From assembly GCA_002269645.1 (NCBI GenBank), contig NIVC01001066.1, positions 186,001-250,000 of the forward strand: a DNA stretch of 64,000 nt. The letters run 5' to 3'. Shown here piece by piece: positions 1 through 10,461 of this stretch; the stretch's first letter is position 1; the number at the start of each line of letters is the position of its first letter. The notes beneath the pieces were generated by a model. It was given only the letters and a program-made list of their open reading frames with translations. It ran no database searches and was not told the origin of the DNA. The position numbers and the translations under genes are program-made. The DNA is from Macrostomum lignano (lineage: Eukaryota).

Positions 1-178
1 CCTTTAAGAATGGCCCTGCAATCCTTTAAGAATGGCTCTGCAATCCTTTAAGAATGGCCCTGCAATCCTTTAAGAATGGCCCTGCAATCCTTTAAGAATG
101 GCTCTGCAATCCTTTAAGAATGGCCCTGCAATCCTTTAAGAATGGCCCTGCAATCCTTTAAGAATAACCCTGCAATCC
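1..178 (-). repeat. 22-bp tandem satellite (CCCTGCAATCCTTTAAGAATGG)n, runs off the window start
   Basis: About 8 visible units; reverse complement of the array at 9027-9988. Confidence 0.95.
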
Positions 179-279
179 AAAATCGGGAAATACAAAATAC
201 GAAATGTTTTAACATACTGTATATGCATCTAGCAGTCAGTGATTATACAGTCATTGACAGAGAAAAGCGCACATGATGC

Positions 280-2190
280 TCAGTCGACCTCCTCAACGGT
301 GGGTCCTCCGGCTCGCTGATGTCCAGGCTGAGGCTGACCAGACTGCTGCTGCTGCTGATGAAGCTTGGCCATGATTGGCGAGCAGCGGCTGCTGAGTTGC
401 TGCTGCTGGTGGGCAATCTCGTCCTTCTCGGCAGTCTGGTTGTTCTCCAGCCAGGAAATCACTTGCTCGCAGGCGGCCACCACCTCGGCGGAGTCCTTCT
501 CGCCCAGCTTGTCCTTGCAGTCGTTGGCAGCCTGCTTGTACTGGAAGGCGAGCGACTCGAGCTGGTTGCGGGCCGCCAGGCGCTCGCGGTGCCGCTCGTC
601 CTCCTCACGGAACTTCTCCGCATCCCGCACCATCCTGTCGATCTCGTCCTTCCGGCCCTTGTCGTTCGTGATCGTGATCTTCTCCTCCTTGCTGGTGCTC
701 TTGTCTTTCGCCGACACCACCAGGATTCCGTTGGCGTCAACGTCGAAGGTCACCTCGATCTGAGGGACTCCGCGCGGCGCTGGCGGGATCCCGTCCAGGT
801 TGAACCGGCCCAGCAGGTGGTTGTCTCTGGTGAGCGCTCGCTCGCCCTCGAACACCTGCACCGTGACGCCGCTCTGGTTGTCCGAGTAGGTGGTGAACGT
901 CTGCGTCGCCTTGGTCGGGATGCGGCTGTTCCGCTCGACAATCTTGGTCATCACCCCGCCGGCGGTCTCGATGCCGAGAGACAGCGGCGCCACATCCAGC
1001 AGCAGCAGGTCGTCGATCTTGTCGTCCTTCACGCCAGTCAGCACCGCAGCCTGCACGGCAGCTCCGTAGGCGACCGCCTCGTCCGGGTTGATCGACTTGT
1101 TCAGCGTCCGACCGCCCATGAATTCTTGCAGCAACTTCTGCACCCTCGGGATCCGGGTTGATCCGCCAACCAGCACGATCTCGTTGATGTTGCTCTTGTC
1201 CATCTTGGCGTCTCTCAGCGCTCGCTCCACCGGCTCCATCGTCTGGCGAAACAGGTCGGCGCACAGCTCCTCGAATCGAGCCCTGGTGACGCTCGTGTAA
1301 AAATCGATGCCCTCGAACAGCGAGTCAATCTCGATGCTCGCCTGTGCCGAGCTGCTCAGCGTTCGCTTCGCTCGCTCAGCCGCAGTCCGAAGGCGTCTCA
1401 CAGCCCGAGCGTTGCCGCTCATGTCCTTGCGGTACTTGCGCTTGAACTCTTGCATCAGGTGCTCAACCAGACGATGATCAAAGTCCTCGCCGCCGAGGTG
1501 GGTGTCGCCGGCGGTTGCGCGCACCTCGAACATGCTGCCCTCCGACACTGTCAGGATGGACACGTCGAACGTGCCGCCTCCCAGGTCAAAGATGAGAATG
1601 TTCTTCTCACCCTGCAGGTTCTTGTCCAGACCGTAGGCCAGTGCCGCAGCAGTCGGCTCGTTCACGATGCGCAGCACGTTCAGTCCGGCAATCGCCCCGG
1701 CATCCTTTGTTGCCTGTCGCTGACTGTCGTTGAAGTAGGCCGGCACTGTGATCACCGCGTCAGACACCTTCTCGCCGAGGTAGGCCTCCGCCGTCTCCTT
1801 CATCTTGGTGAGAACCATGGCGGAGATCTCCTCCGGGTAGAAGCTGCGCCTCTCGCCCATGTACTGCACCTCAATCTTGGGTCGGCCTCCGTCGTTCGTC
1901 ACCTTGAATGGCCACAGCTTCATGTCCCTCTGCACCGTCTCGTCTCCGAACTTTCGTCCGATCAGACGCTTCGCGTCAAACACCGTGTTGTCCGGATTCA
2001 TCGCCACCTGGTTCTTTGCAGCGTCGCCTACCAGCCTCTCCGTGTCCGTGAAGGCCACGTAGCTGGGAGTGGTTCGGTTGCCCTGGTCATTGGCAATGAT
2101 CTCCACTTTGCCTGCCTGGAACACGCCAACGCACGAGTACGTGGTGCCCAGGTCAATGCCGATTGCAGGTCCGTTGTTGCTCTTACCCAT
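280..2190 (-). CDS. hsp70: Cytosolic heat-inducible Hsp70, intronless, 636 aa (lacks LS of NDKGRLSK)
   Basis: [36 protein letters not shown] signatures; C-terminal GPTVEEVD; upstream HSEs and TATA. Confidence 0.97.
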   Translation of the reverse strand: MGKSNNGPAIGIDLGTTYSCVGVFQAGKVEIIANDQGNRTTPSYVAFTDTERLVGDAAKNQVAMNPDNTVFDAKRLIGRKFGDETVQRDMKLWPFKVTNDGGRPKIEVQYMGERRSFYPEEISAMVLTKMKETAEAYLGEKVSDAVITVPAYFNDSQRQATKDAGAIAGLNVLRIVNEPTAAALAYGLDKNLQGEKNILIFDLGGGTFDVSILTVSEGSMFEVRATAGDTHLGGEDFDHRLVEHLMQEFKRKYRKDMSGNARAVRRLRTAAERAKRTLSSSAQASIEIDSLFEGIDFYTSVTRARFEELCADLFRQTMEPVERALRDAKMDKSNINEIVLVGGSTRIPRVQKLLQEFMGGRTLNKSINPDEAVAYGAAVQAAVLTGVKDDKIDDLLLLDVAPLSLGIETAGGVMTKIVERNSRIPTKATQTFTTYSDNQSGVTVQVFEGERALTRDNHLLGRFNLDGIPPAPRGVPQIEVTFDVDANGILVVSAKDKSTSKEEKITITNDKGRKDEIDRMVRDAEKFREEDERHRERLAARNQLESLAFQYKQAANDCKDKLGEKDSAEVVAACEQVISWLENNQTAEKDEIAHQQQQLSSRCSPIMAKLHQQQQQSGQPQPGHQRAGGPTVEEVD

Positions 2191-2347
2191 GTTGTCGATC
2201 GATTAATTCGCACTTGCTTGATATACGAGTAGTAGCGTAGGCTGATGCGTCAGTTGCCTTGATGGCTTGCTTGGCTTTGCTGTTCGTTTCGTTCGCCTTG
2301 CGATCCGATTTCAATTCTTGCCTCCAATTCTGGGCCGGGTGCTTCTC

Positions 2348-2443
2348 TTTTATAGACTCCGGCCCGTTTCTAGAAGTTTCCCGCACCATCCTCCGCGAAT
2401 GCGCCGCGAGCTATTTTTAGCTCGTTCTGGAAATTTCTCGAAA
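2348..2443 (-). promoter_or_regulatory. hsp70 promoter (left arm): TATA 2348-2354, HSEs 2367-2381 and 2424-2443
   Basis: Mirror of the right-arm promoter; alternating nGAAn/nTTCn pentamers. Confidence 0.9.
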
Positions 2444-2859
2444 AAAGAATTGCTTGACAAATTTTACCGTTTGCGTCTATTTTGCCTACTTTAAGTAGAA
2501 AGTAACAAACCTGTAGTCTAATATTCTTACAAACATATTTACAATGTTGAATGAATCAAGAAATCCTGTGGAAAATGGGGTTAACGAATATTAATGATCG
2601 TTTTGGTAGCAAAGAATTCATTTTGTTATTCAATATTTATTTGTTAAAACAATCAGGTCTTTCAGATTAACTGATTCTGGAAATCGGCAATATGTATAGA
2701 ACAAGCATTGCAAGCACAAAACAAAAGTCAGAAAAGTGCTATGTTTTAAAGCCGACTCAATCTTCTGAAGTTAAACAAAAAGAAAATACAAACAGTTAGT
2801 CATTTTAATATAATTTTTTAGTTAGTGCTTATTAAGTGCACAAAACAAAATGGCAAAAA

Positions 2860-2978
2860 AGACAACAGCATTTGGTATTCCCAGGCGGTCACCCATCCAA
2901 GTACTAACCAAACCCAACGTTGCTTAACTTCGGTGATCAGACGAGAACCGGTGTTTTCAACGTGGTATGGCCGTTGCC
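2860..2978 (-). rRNA. 5S rRNA: 5S rRNA gene (left arm)
   Basis: Reverse complement of 5353-5471. Confidence 0.95.
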
Positions 2979-3163
2979 AATTACCGAGAGCACTCAACTT
3001 CAATTTATACTTCGCTACCGCCGCATTTGTGTCAGTAGGCAATACGTAACGTAAGTAATATGGCCCATTTTGTATCCACCAAGAGCCAATAGCCTCCTTG
3101 CCTTATCGGGATGATGAATCTACCAATCCTTAATTGATAGTTCTCTCTGCGTTGAATCGACAA

Positions 3164-3356
3164 TCAGATAATGACAGTCAGGTAATGGCACTCAGATAAT
3201 GATAGTCAAGTAATTGCAGTCAGATAATGACAGTCAGATAAGTGACAGTCAGATAATAACAGTCAGATAATGACAGTCAGGTAATGGCACTCAGATAATG
3301 ACAGTCAGGTAATGGCACTCAGATAATGACAGTCAGGTAATGGCACTCAGATAGTG
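3164..3356 (+). repeat. ~14-bp minisatellite (CAGATAATGACAGT) at the inner end of the left arm; mirrored at ~4995-5170
   Basis: Repeated CAGATAATGACAGT / CAGGTAATGGCACT units; arm identity ends inside this repeat. Confidence 0.85.
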
Positions 3357-4262
3357 ACTTTCCGATCTCGGCGGGAAAACTTCTGCGGGAAATTCTCATA
3401 GACCTGGATTCCGCATTCTACTAGTTGCCAACGCTTTGAGCCTATGGCTGAGACTTGAAGTTCCGTGTTGGACCAAGAGAAGAAGCGGAACAAGGACTCA
3501 AGTAACATCAGGGCAACTTAAACTACCGGGACGCGAAACAAGGCAAAATCATGGCGAAAAAAGTTGAGGGCTCGTTTGAGTCTATGGGCGCCCGATTTTT
3601 CATGCAATAAATGCTTAGCTTAGCTGCTGAAAAGACTAAGGCCACAGTATTATTTTTGCTTTAAAAGGTTCAGTAACTTGTCTAAAAGGTTTTTTATTCA
3701 GTTTTAAATTTTGTTTTTTGTTTTTTTGAGTACCAAAAAACGGCCGTACAGAGCACAATGACATACAATTAGACACGCGAGATATTCACGAAGAAAAGGT
3801 TTAAACTTAGCATGGTGTATATATCGTGGAACGGGACTGAACATAACTTATTTGAGGAGGAACTTATACGGGGACCTGTATACTGTATAGGAAAAACTGG
3901 GGAACTGAGCGAAAATTACATATATTTAAGCATGTGAGATAAGCACAAGAGAAAAAAGTTTAAAAGCATGAAATGGTGTGTGTACAAAAGTACACGGCAA
4001 CTCGTACTCGTAGAATAGAACACAGAAAATCAGGACTAAACAGAACGAATTTTAGGAGGAACCCAGATGAGGAGCAGCTAGATATGAAAGATTTCGGATT
4101 GGAAAATTTGAAACTCCAAAGACAGAATACTAAAAACTCTACCGCAAATTCACTGGCCTTCCAGTTTGCGTAGCTTTCTGTCGTGCGATGTAGTCGGCGC
4201 AGGTGCAACCTTCGATGAGCGCTTTACCAGGCCTTTAAAATAAACATTCGTAAGCCGACGAC

Positions 4263-4560
4263 TCATACTGTCGTGTCTATGGAGCCGTCGCACTTCAGTG
4301 CTGCAACAAACTTTTCATTGAAGACTTGGAGAGCGAGTGTTACCTTCGTTTTTCTGTATGCTTGAACTGAAGGATAGCAAGCTTCGTGGGTTAATTCCGT
4401 TCGTTTGACAACGTGATATTCTTCTGATTTGTACAGTCGGATCACGTCCATCCATTTGGCCGATATAATTGTCTGCACCTGGCGGTTGAATAGTTAAGGT
4501 TCCATTGGATTCAGTTTGCCAATTATTGTTCAAAACTGGCGTATGCGAATGCGCAATCGG
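4263..4560 (-). pseudogene. Degenerate P-element/THAP9-like transposase fragment in the palindrome spacer
   Basis: Frameshifted pieces NNWQTE...SAKWMDVIRLYKSEE...YP...KVTLALQVFNEKFVAAL resemble P-superfamily motifs (RNNW.TE, AKW.DL..LY, KV..A.QVF...AAL). Recognised from memory, not by search. Confidence 0.5.
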
Positions 4561-5352
4561 AAAAGTTTAGGGCAATAAAAACTGTCTGTCTGTCTGTATC
4601 AAGCACGAAGAGGGAAAGCCAGAGAAGACAGAAGGCGGATCTTTCGGTCTTTCATGTCGACCATTCTTCAACATGGGGTGTCACTTGGCCAGTGCTTTTG
4701 GCATATGTCCATGTGTTCAGTCACTTTCTAGAATGGTAAATTTTATCGCTGTGGTTATTTTTAACAATTTGTTTGTAAATTCATCCACGCATACCAGCGT
4801 ATGATCGCTTAGAATTAACATCCTTCTTACCTCAAAAATATTTGGTAGGGTTTGTCTCCAACGCTCCCGTTCTCGTGCATCTCAAGGAAGAGAAAATATC
4901 GTGTTCGGCTTTCTTCTGAGTTATAGTTTGATCTGCAGTTAAAGACGCTGCACTTTCTCGACATTTTTCACAGTCGCACAAGATCTGTCACCATTTGACT
5001 GCAATTACTTGACTATCATTATCTGACTATCATTATCTGAGTGCCATTACCTGACTGTCATTATCTGACTGTTATTATCTGACTGTCACTTATCTGACTG
5101 TCATTATCTGACTGCAATTACTTGACTATCATTATCTGAGTGCCATTACCTGACTGTCATTATCTGATTGTCGATTCAACGCAGAGAGAACTATCAATTA
5201 AGGATTGGTAGATTCATCATCCCGATAAGGCAAGGAGGCTATTGGCTCTTGGTGGATACAAAATGGGCCATATTACTTACGTTACGTATTGCCTACTGAC
5301 ACAAATGCGGCGGTAGCGAAGTATAAATTGAAGTTGAGTGCTCTCGGTAATT

Positions 5353-5471
5353 GGCAACGGCCATACCACGTTGAAAACACCGGTTCTCGTCTGATCACCG
5401 AAGTTAAGCAACGTTGGGTTTGGTTAGTACTTGGATGGGTGACCGCCTGGGAATACCAAATGCTGTTGTCT
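5353..5471 (+). rRNA. 5S rRNA: 5S rRNA gene (right arm)
   Basis: GGCAACGGCCATACCACGTTGAAAACACCGG...AGTTAAGCAACG...TTAGTACTTGGATGGGTGACCGCCTGGGAATACC...GCTGTTGTC followed by a T6 terminator; internal A/C boxes; TATAAAT at 5322 (about -31). Confidence 0.96.
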
Positions 5472-5887
5472 TTTTTGCCATTTTGTTTTGTGCACTTAAT
5501 AAGCACTAACTAAAAAATTATATTAAAATGACTAACTGTTTGTATTTTCTTTTTGTTTAACTTCAGAAGATTGAGTCGGCTTTAAAACATAGCACTTTTC
5601 TGACTTTTGTTTTGTGCTTGCAATGCTTGTTCTATACATATTGCCGATTTCCAGAATCAGTTAATCTGAAAGACCTGATTGTTTTAACAAATAAATATTG
5701 AATAACAAAATGAATTCTTTGCTACCAAAACGATCATTAATATTCGTTAACCCCATTTTCCACAGGATTTCTTGATTCATTCAACATTGTAAATATGTTT
5801 GTAAGAATATTAGACTACAGGTTTGTTACTTTCTACTTAAAGTAGGCAAAATAGACGCAAACGGTAAAATTTGTCAAGCAATTCTTT

Positions 5888-5983
5888 TTTCGAGAAATTT
5901 CCAGAACGAGCTAAAAATAGCTCGCGGCGCATTCGCGGAGGATGGTGCGGGAAACTTCTAGAAACGGGCCGGAGTCTATAAAA
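5888..5983 (+). promoter_or_regulatory. hsp70 promoter: 4-unit HSE (5888-5907), 3-unit HSE (5950-5964), TATAAAA (5977-5983)
   Basis: tTTCgaGAAatTTCcaGAAc and gGAAacTTCtaGAAa match the HSF consensus perfectly. Confidence 0.92.
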
Positions 5984-6140
5984 GAGAAGCACCCGGCCCA
6001 GAATTGGAGGCAAGAATTGAAATCGGATCGCAAGGCGAACGAAACGAACAGCAAAGCCAAGCAAGCCATCAAGGCAACTGACGCATCAGCCTACGCTACT
6101 ACTCGTATATCAAGCAAGTGCGAATTAATCGATCGACAAC

Positions 6141-8057
6141 ATGGGTAAGAGCAACAACGGACCTGCAATCGGCATTGACCTGGGCACCACGTACTCGTGC
6201 GTTGGCGTGTTCCAGGCAGGCAAAGTGGAGATCATTGCCAATGACCAGGGCAACCGAACCACTCCCAGCTACGTGGCCTTCACGGACACGGAGAGGCTGG
6301 TAGGCGACGCTGCAAAGAACCAGGTGGCGATGAATCCGGACAACACGGTGTTTGACGCGAAGCGTCTGATCGGACGAAAGTTCGGAGACGAGACGGTGCA
6401 GAGGGACATGAAGCTGTGGCCATTCAAGGTGACGAACGACGGAGGCCGACCCAAGATTGAGGTGCAGTACATGGGCGAGAGGCGCAGCTTCTACCCGGAG
6501 GAGATCTCCGCCATGGTTCTCACCAAGATGAAGGAGACGGCGGAGGCCTACCTCGGCGAGAAGGTGTCTGACGCGGTGATCACAGTGCCGGCCTACTTCA
6601 ACGACAGTCAGCGACAGGCAACAAAGGATGCCGGGGCGATTGCCGGACTGAACGTGCTGCGCATCGTGAACGAGCCGACTGCTGCGGCACTGGCCTACGG
6701 TCTGGACAAGAACCTGCAGGGTGAGAAGAACATTCTCATCTTTGACCTGGGAGGCGGCACGTTCGACGTGTCCATCCTGACAGTGTCGGAGGGCAGCATG
6801 TTCGAGGTGCGCGCAACCGCCGGCGACACCCACCTCGGCGGCGAGGACTTTGATCATCGTCTGGTTGAGCACCTGATGCAAGAGTTCAAGCGCAAGTACC
6901 GCAAGGACATGAGCGGCAACGCTCGGGCTGTGAGACGCCTTCGGACTGCGGCTGAGCGAGCGAAGCGAACGCTGAGCAGCTCGGCACAGGCGAGCATCGA
7001 GATTGACTCGCTGTTCGAGGGCATCGATTTTTACACGAGCGTCACCAGGGCTCGATTCGAGGAGCTGTGCGCCGACCTGTTTCGCCAGACGATGGAGCCG
7101 GTGGAGCGAGCGCTGAGAGACGCCAAGATGGACAAGAGCAACATCAACGAGATCGTGCTGGTTGGCGGATCAACCCGGATCCCGAGGGTGCAGAAGTTGC
7201 TGCAAGAATTCATGGGCGGTCGGACGCTGAACAAGTCGATCAACCCGGACGAGGCGGTCGCCTACGGAGCTGCCGTGCAGGCTGCGGTGCTGACTGGCGT
7301 GAAGGACGACAAGATCGACGACCTGCTGCTGCTGGATGTGGCGCCGCTGTCTCTCGGCATCGAGACCGCCGGCGGGGTGATGACCAAGATTGTCGAGCGG
7401 AACAGCCGCATCCCGACCAAGGCGACGCAGACGTTCACCACCTACTCGGACAACCAGAGCGGCGTCACGGTGCAGGTGTTCGAGGGCGAGCGAGCGCTCA
7501 CCAGAGACAACCACCTGCTGGGCCGGTTCAACCTGGACGGGATCCCGCCAGCGCCGCGCGGAGTCCCTCAGATCGAGGTGACCTTCGACGTTGACGCCAA
7601 CGGAATCCTGGTGGTGTCGGCGAAAGACAAGAGCACCAGCAAGGAGGAGAAGATCACGATCACGAACGACAAGGGCCGCCTCTCGAAGGACGAGATCGAC
7701 AGGATGGTGCGGGATGCGGAGAAGTTCCGCGAGGAGGACGAGCGGCACCGCGAGCGCCTGGCGGCCCGCAACCAGCTCGAGTCGCTCGCCTTCCAGTACA
7801 AGCAGGCTGCCAACGACTGCAAGGACAAGCTGGGCGAGAAGGACTCCGCCGAGGTGGTGGCCGCCTGCGAGCAAGTGATTTCCTGGCTGGAGAACAACCA
7901 GACTGCCGAGAAGGACGAGATTGCCCACCAGCAGCAGCAACTCAGCAGCCGCTGCTCGCCAATCATGGCCAAGCTTCATCAGCAGCAGCAGCAGTCTGGT
8001 CAGCCTCAGCCTGGACATCAGCGAGCCGGAGGACCCACCGTTGAGGAGGTCGACTGA
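6141..8057 (+). CDS. hsp70: Cytosolic heat-inducible Hsp70, intronless, 638 aa
   Basis: All Hsp70 signatures, intact [15 protein letters not shown] end, GC3-rich codons. Confidence 0.98.
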   Translation: MGKSNNGPAIGIDLGTTYSCVGVFQAGKVEIIANDQGNRTTPSYVAFTDTERLVGDAAKNQVAMNPDNTVFDAKRLIGRKFGDETVQRDMKLWPFKVTNDGGRPKIEVQYMGERRSFYPEEISAMVLTKMKETAEAYLGEKVSDAVITVPAYFNDSQRQATKDAGAIAGLNVLRIVNEPTAAALAYGLDKNLQGEKNILIFDLGGGTFDVSILTVSEGSMFEVRATAGDTHLGGEDFDHRLVEHLMQEFKRKYRKDMSGNARAVRRLRTAAERAKRTLSSSAQASIEIDSLFEGIDFYTSVTRARFEELCADLFRQTMEPVERALRDAKMDKSNINEIVLVGGSTRIPRVQKLLQEFMGGRTLNKSINPDEAVAYGAAVQAAVLTGVKDDKIDDLLLLDVAPLSLGIETAGGVMTKIVERNSRIPTKATQTFTTYSDNQSGVTVQVFEGERALTRDNHLLGRFNLDGIPPAPRGVPQIEVTFDVDANGILVVSAKDKSTSKEEKITITNDKGRLSKDEIDRMVRDAEKFREEDERHRERLAARNQLESLAFQYKQAANDCKDKLGEKDSAEVVAACEQVISWLENNQTAEKDEIAHQQQQLSSRCSPIMAKLHQQQQQSGQPQPGHQRAGGPTVEEVD

Positions 8058-9026
8058 GCATCATGTGCGCTTTTCTCTGTCAATGACTGTATAATCACTG
8101 ACTGCTAGATGCATATACAGTATGTTAAAACATTTCGTATTTTGTATTTCATCTGTAAATATTATCTGCATTTGACTATCGAAATCTTCTCGTTTTGCAC
8201 TGAAAATTTGCATGTTATAAATATAAATAATAAAAGGAATTGTATAGTATTTTAAAAATTTAAGAAGCAATAGCTTCACCAGAAATAAACTGTTTCTTTC
8301 ATCATTATTTTCTTCAATCGTAAAAATTAGACAATCAAAATGACGGATTTGTGAGATTGAACAGCAATTCATTGATCGGCAACAGGCGATTTCAATATAA
8401 ATTTTGTTGCGCATGCTGATGTATTTGAAACACTACAGTAAATTGAATTCGCCAAACTAGCTTATCTGTAGAATCAGCTACAGGTAAACAAAAGCCGCGG
8501 ACACTGGAAGCACCGGAGGCACCGGTCGATAAAACCAAAAATCACTTATGCAGCAGCCAGCTCACTAAACTAATCCTTAATTTATCCGAAAAACTCCAAA
8601 CAGACGCTGATATTGATTTTATGGGCTCTAAGTAGTATGTACGCATCAAGTCAACATTTATAGCGTTTCATTTTGGCAAAAAGGCAAATATTAACAGAGG
8701 CGCGTAGCCAGCTTTGCAAACTGAATAAATTTGGCGGTAAAACTCTTCCATTGGAGCAGTCGGATGTTAAGAAGACAAAAAACTAGATGGCAGAGCCTAT
8801 GCAGGGAGCTGAGCGATAGGATAAATTGGTATGTATAAAAATTCAAACCTACGAAACTAAGCAGTCAGAGTATGAATGAAAGTGGCTAAAATATATGAGC
8901 AAGCCTTTTTACATGCGCTACTGTTTATTATACTCGTAAATTAAGGCAAATAATAAGGACTTGCAAGATTAAATAGGAGCGACTGGTGACGAGGCAAAGA
9001 GAAAATCTTCAAGGAGATCCTCAAGT

Positions 9027-9988
9027 ATTGCAGGGCCACTCTTAAAGGATTGCAGGGCCATTCTTAAAGGATTGCAGGGCCACTCTTTCTTAAAGGATTG
9101 CAGGGCCACTCTTAAAGGATTGCAGGGCCACTCTTAAAAGGATTGCAGGGCCACTCTTTCTTAAAGGATTGCAGGGCCATTCTTAAAGGATTGCAGGGCC
9201 ATTCTTAAAGGATTGCAGGGCCACTCTTAAAAGGATTGCAGGGCCACTCTTTCTTAAAGGATTGCAGGGCCATTCTTAAAGGATTGCAGGGCCATTCTTA
9301 AAGGATTGCAGGGCCATTCTTAAAGGATTGCAGGGCCACTCTTTCTTAAAGGATTGCAGGGCCATTCTTAAAGGATTGCAGGGCCATTCTTAAAGGATTG
9401 CAGGGCCATTCTTTCTTAAAGGATTGCAGGGCCATTCTTAAAGGATTGCAGGGCCACTCTTTCTTAAAGGATTGCAGGGCCATTCTTAAAGGATTGCAGG
9501 GCCATTCTTAAAGGATTGCAGGGCCATTCTTAAAGGATTGCAGGGCCATTCTTTCTTAAAGGATTGCAGGGCCATTCTTAAAGGATTGCAGGGCCATTCT
9601 TAAAGGATTGCAGGGCCATTCTTAAAGGACTGCAGGGCCATTCTTAAAGGATTGCAGGGTTATTCTTAAAGGACTGCAGGGCCATTCTTAAAGGATTGCA
9701 GGGCCATTCTTAAAGGACTGCAGGGCCATTCTTAAAGGATTGCAGGGCCATTCTTAAAGGATTGCAGGGCCACTCTAAAAAGGATTGCAGGGCCATTCTT
9801 AAAGGATTGCAGGGCCACTCTTTCTTAAAGGATTGCAGGGCCATTCTTAAAGGATTGCAGCGCCACTCTTAAAGGACTGCAGGGCCATTCTTAAAGGATT
9901 GCAGGGCCATTCTTAAAGGATTGCAGGGCCATTCTTAAAGGATTGCAGGGCTATTCTTAAATGATTGAAGGGCCATTCTTAAAGGATT
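9027..9988 (+). repeat. 22-bp tandem satellite (CTTAAAGGATTGCAGGGCCATT)n with occasional +4 bp variants
   Basis: Directly visible, ~40 units. Confidence 0.97.
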
Positions 9989-10461
9989 TTAGAGTTTAAA
10001 ATGAAGCAAGTGGCGCAAGTAATTTTTTATAATGCAATGCAGCAAAATTTCATTATTAAAATTTGTTGACCCATAAAGAGAAGCTTTTGAAAAAAGGTAG
10101 AGAAATAGAAAACATGATCGGACCAGTAATTTTTTAATTAAAACTATAAAAATACGCACTTCTACAATAATACATACTACTAAAAGTAATACCAGTTTTT
10201 TATAAAGCGTGATACGAATTAACTAAATAGAAACAGAAAAAAATAAAAAAACAATCGCAATACAAAATGCTAGCAAATAGATAGAAAATCGAACGAATAA
10301 AAATCAACAAAAGTTTGCTTAAAAGACAGTTATAATCATTTTAACTACTAGTAGTAGCTCGTTGTAACAAAAAAACGAATTAAAAATTAACACCGAGTCA
10401 ACAAGCGGCTCTCCAGCATCTGGGAATGTTCAATCAACTTGAACTAGCTGGCGATAATCGG

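Larger units (their letters stand above)
187..8150. repeat. Large inverted repeat: arms 187-3300 and 5031-8150 (~3.1 kb), ~1.7 kb unique spacer
   Basis: Mirror positions sum to 8331 (hsp70 ATG 2190/6141; 5S 2861/5470), and to 8337 beyond a 6-bp indel. Mirrored ORFs are identical. Differences I found: one 6-bp indel and one synonymous SNP. Confidence 0.97.

Noticed and set aside
319-2232. Long ORFs antisense to hsp70 (280 aa and 260 aa, with mirrors at 6099-8018)
   Set aside because: Well-known antisense shadow of GC3-rich hsp70 codon usage; no independent promoter or motif.
2818-3049. 74-82 aa ORFs over the 5S region (and 5282-5513)
   Set aside because: Incidental translations of the 5S rRNA gene.
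5170-5350. Search for an SL RNA or snRNA next to 5S
   Set aside because: No Sm site or recognisable SL/U snRNA sequence found by eye; an Infernal scan would be decisive.
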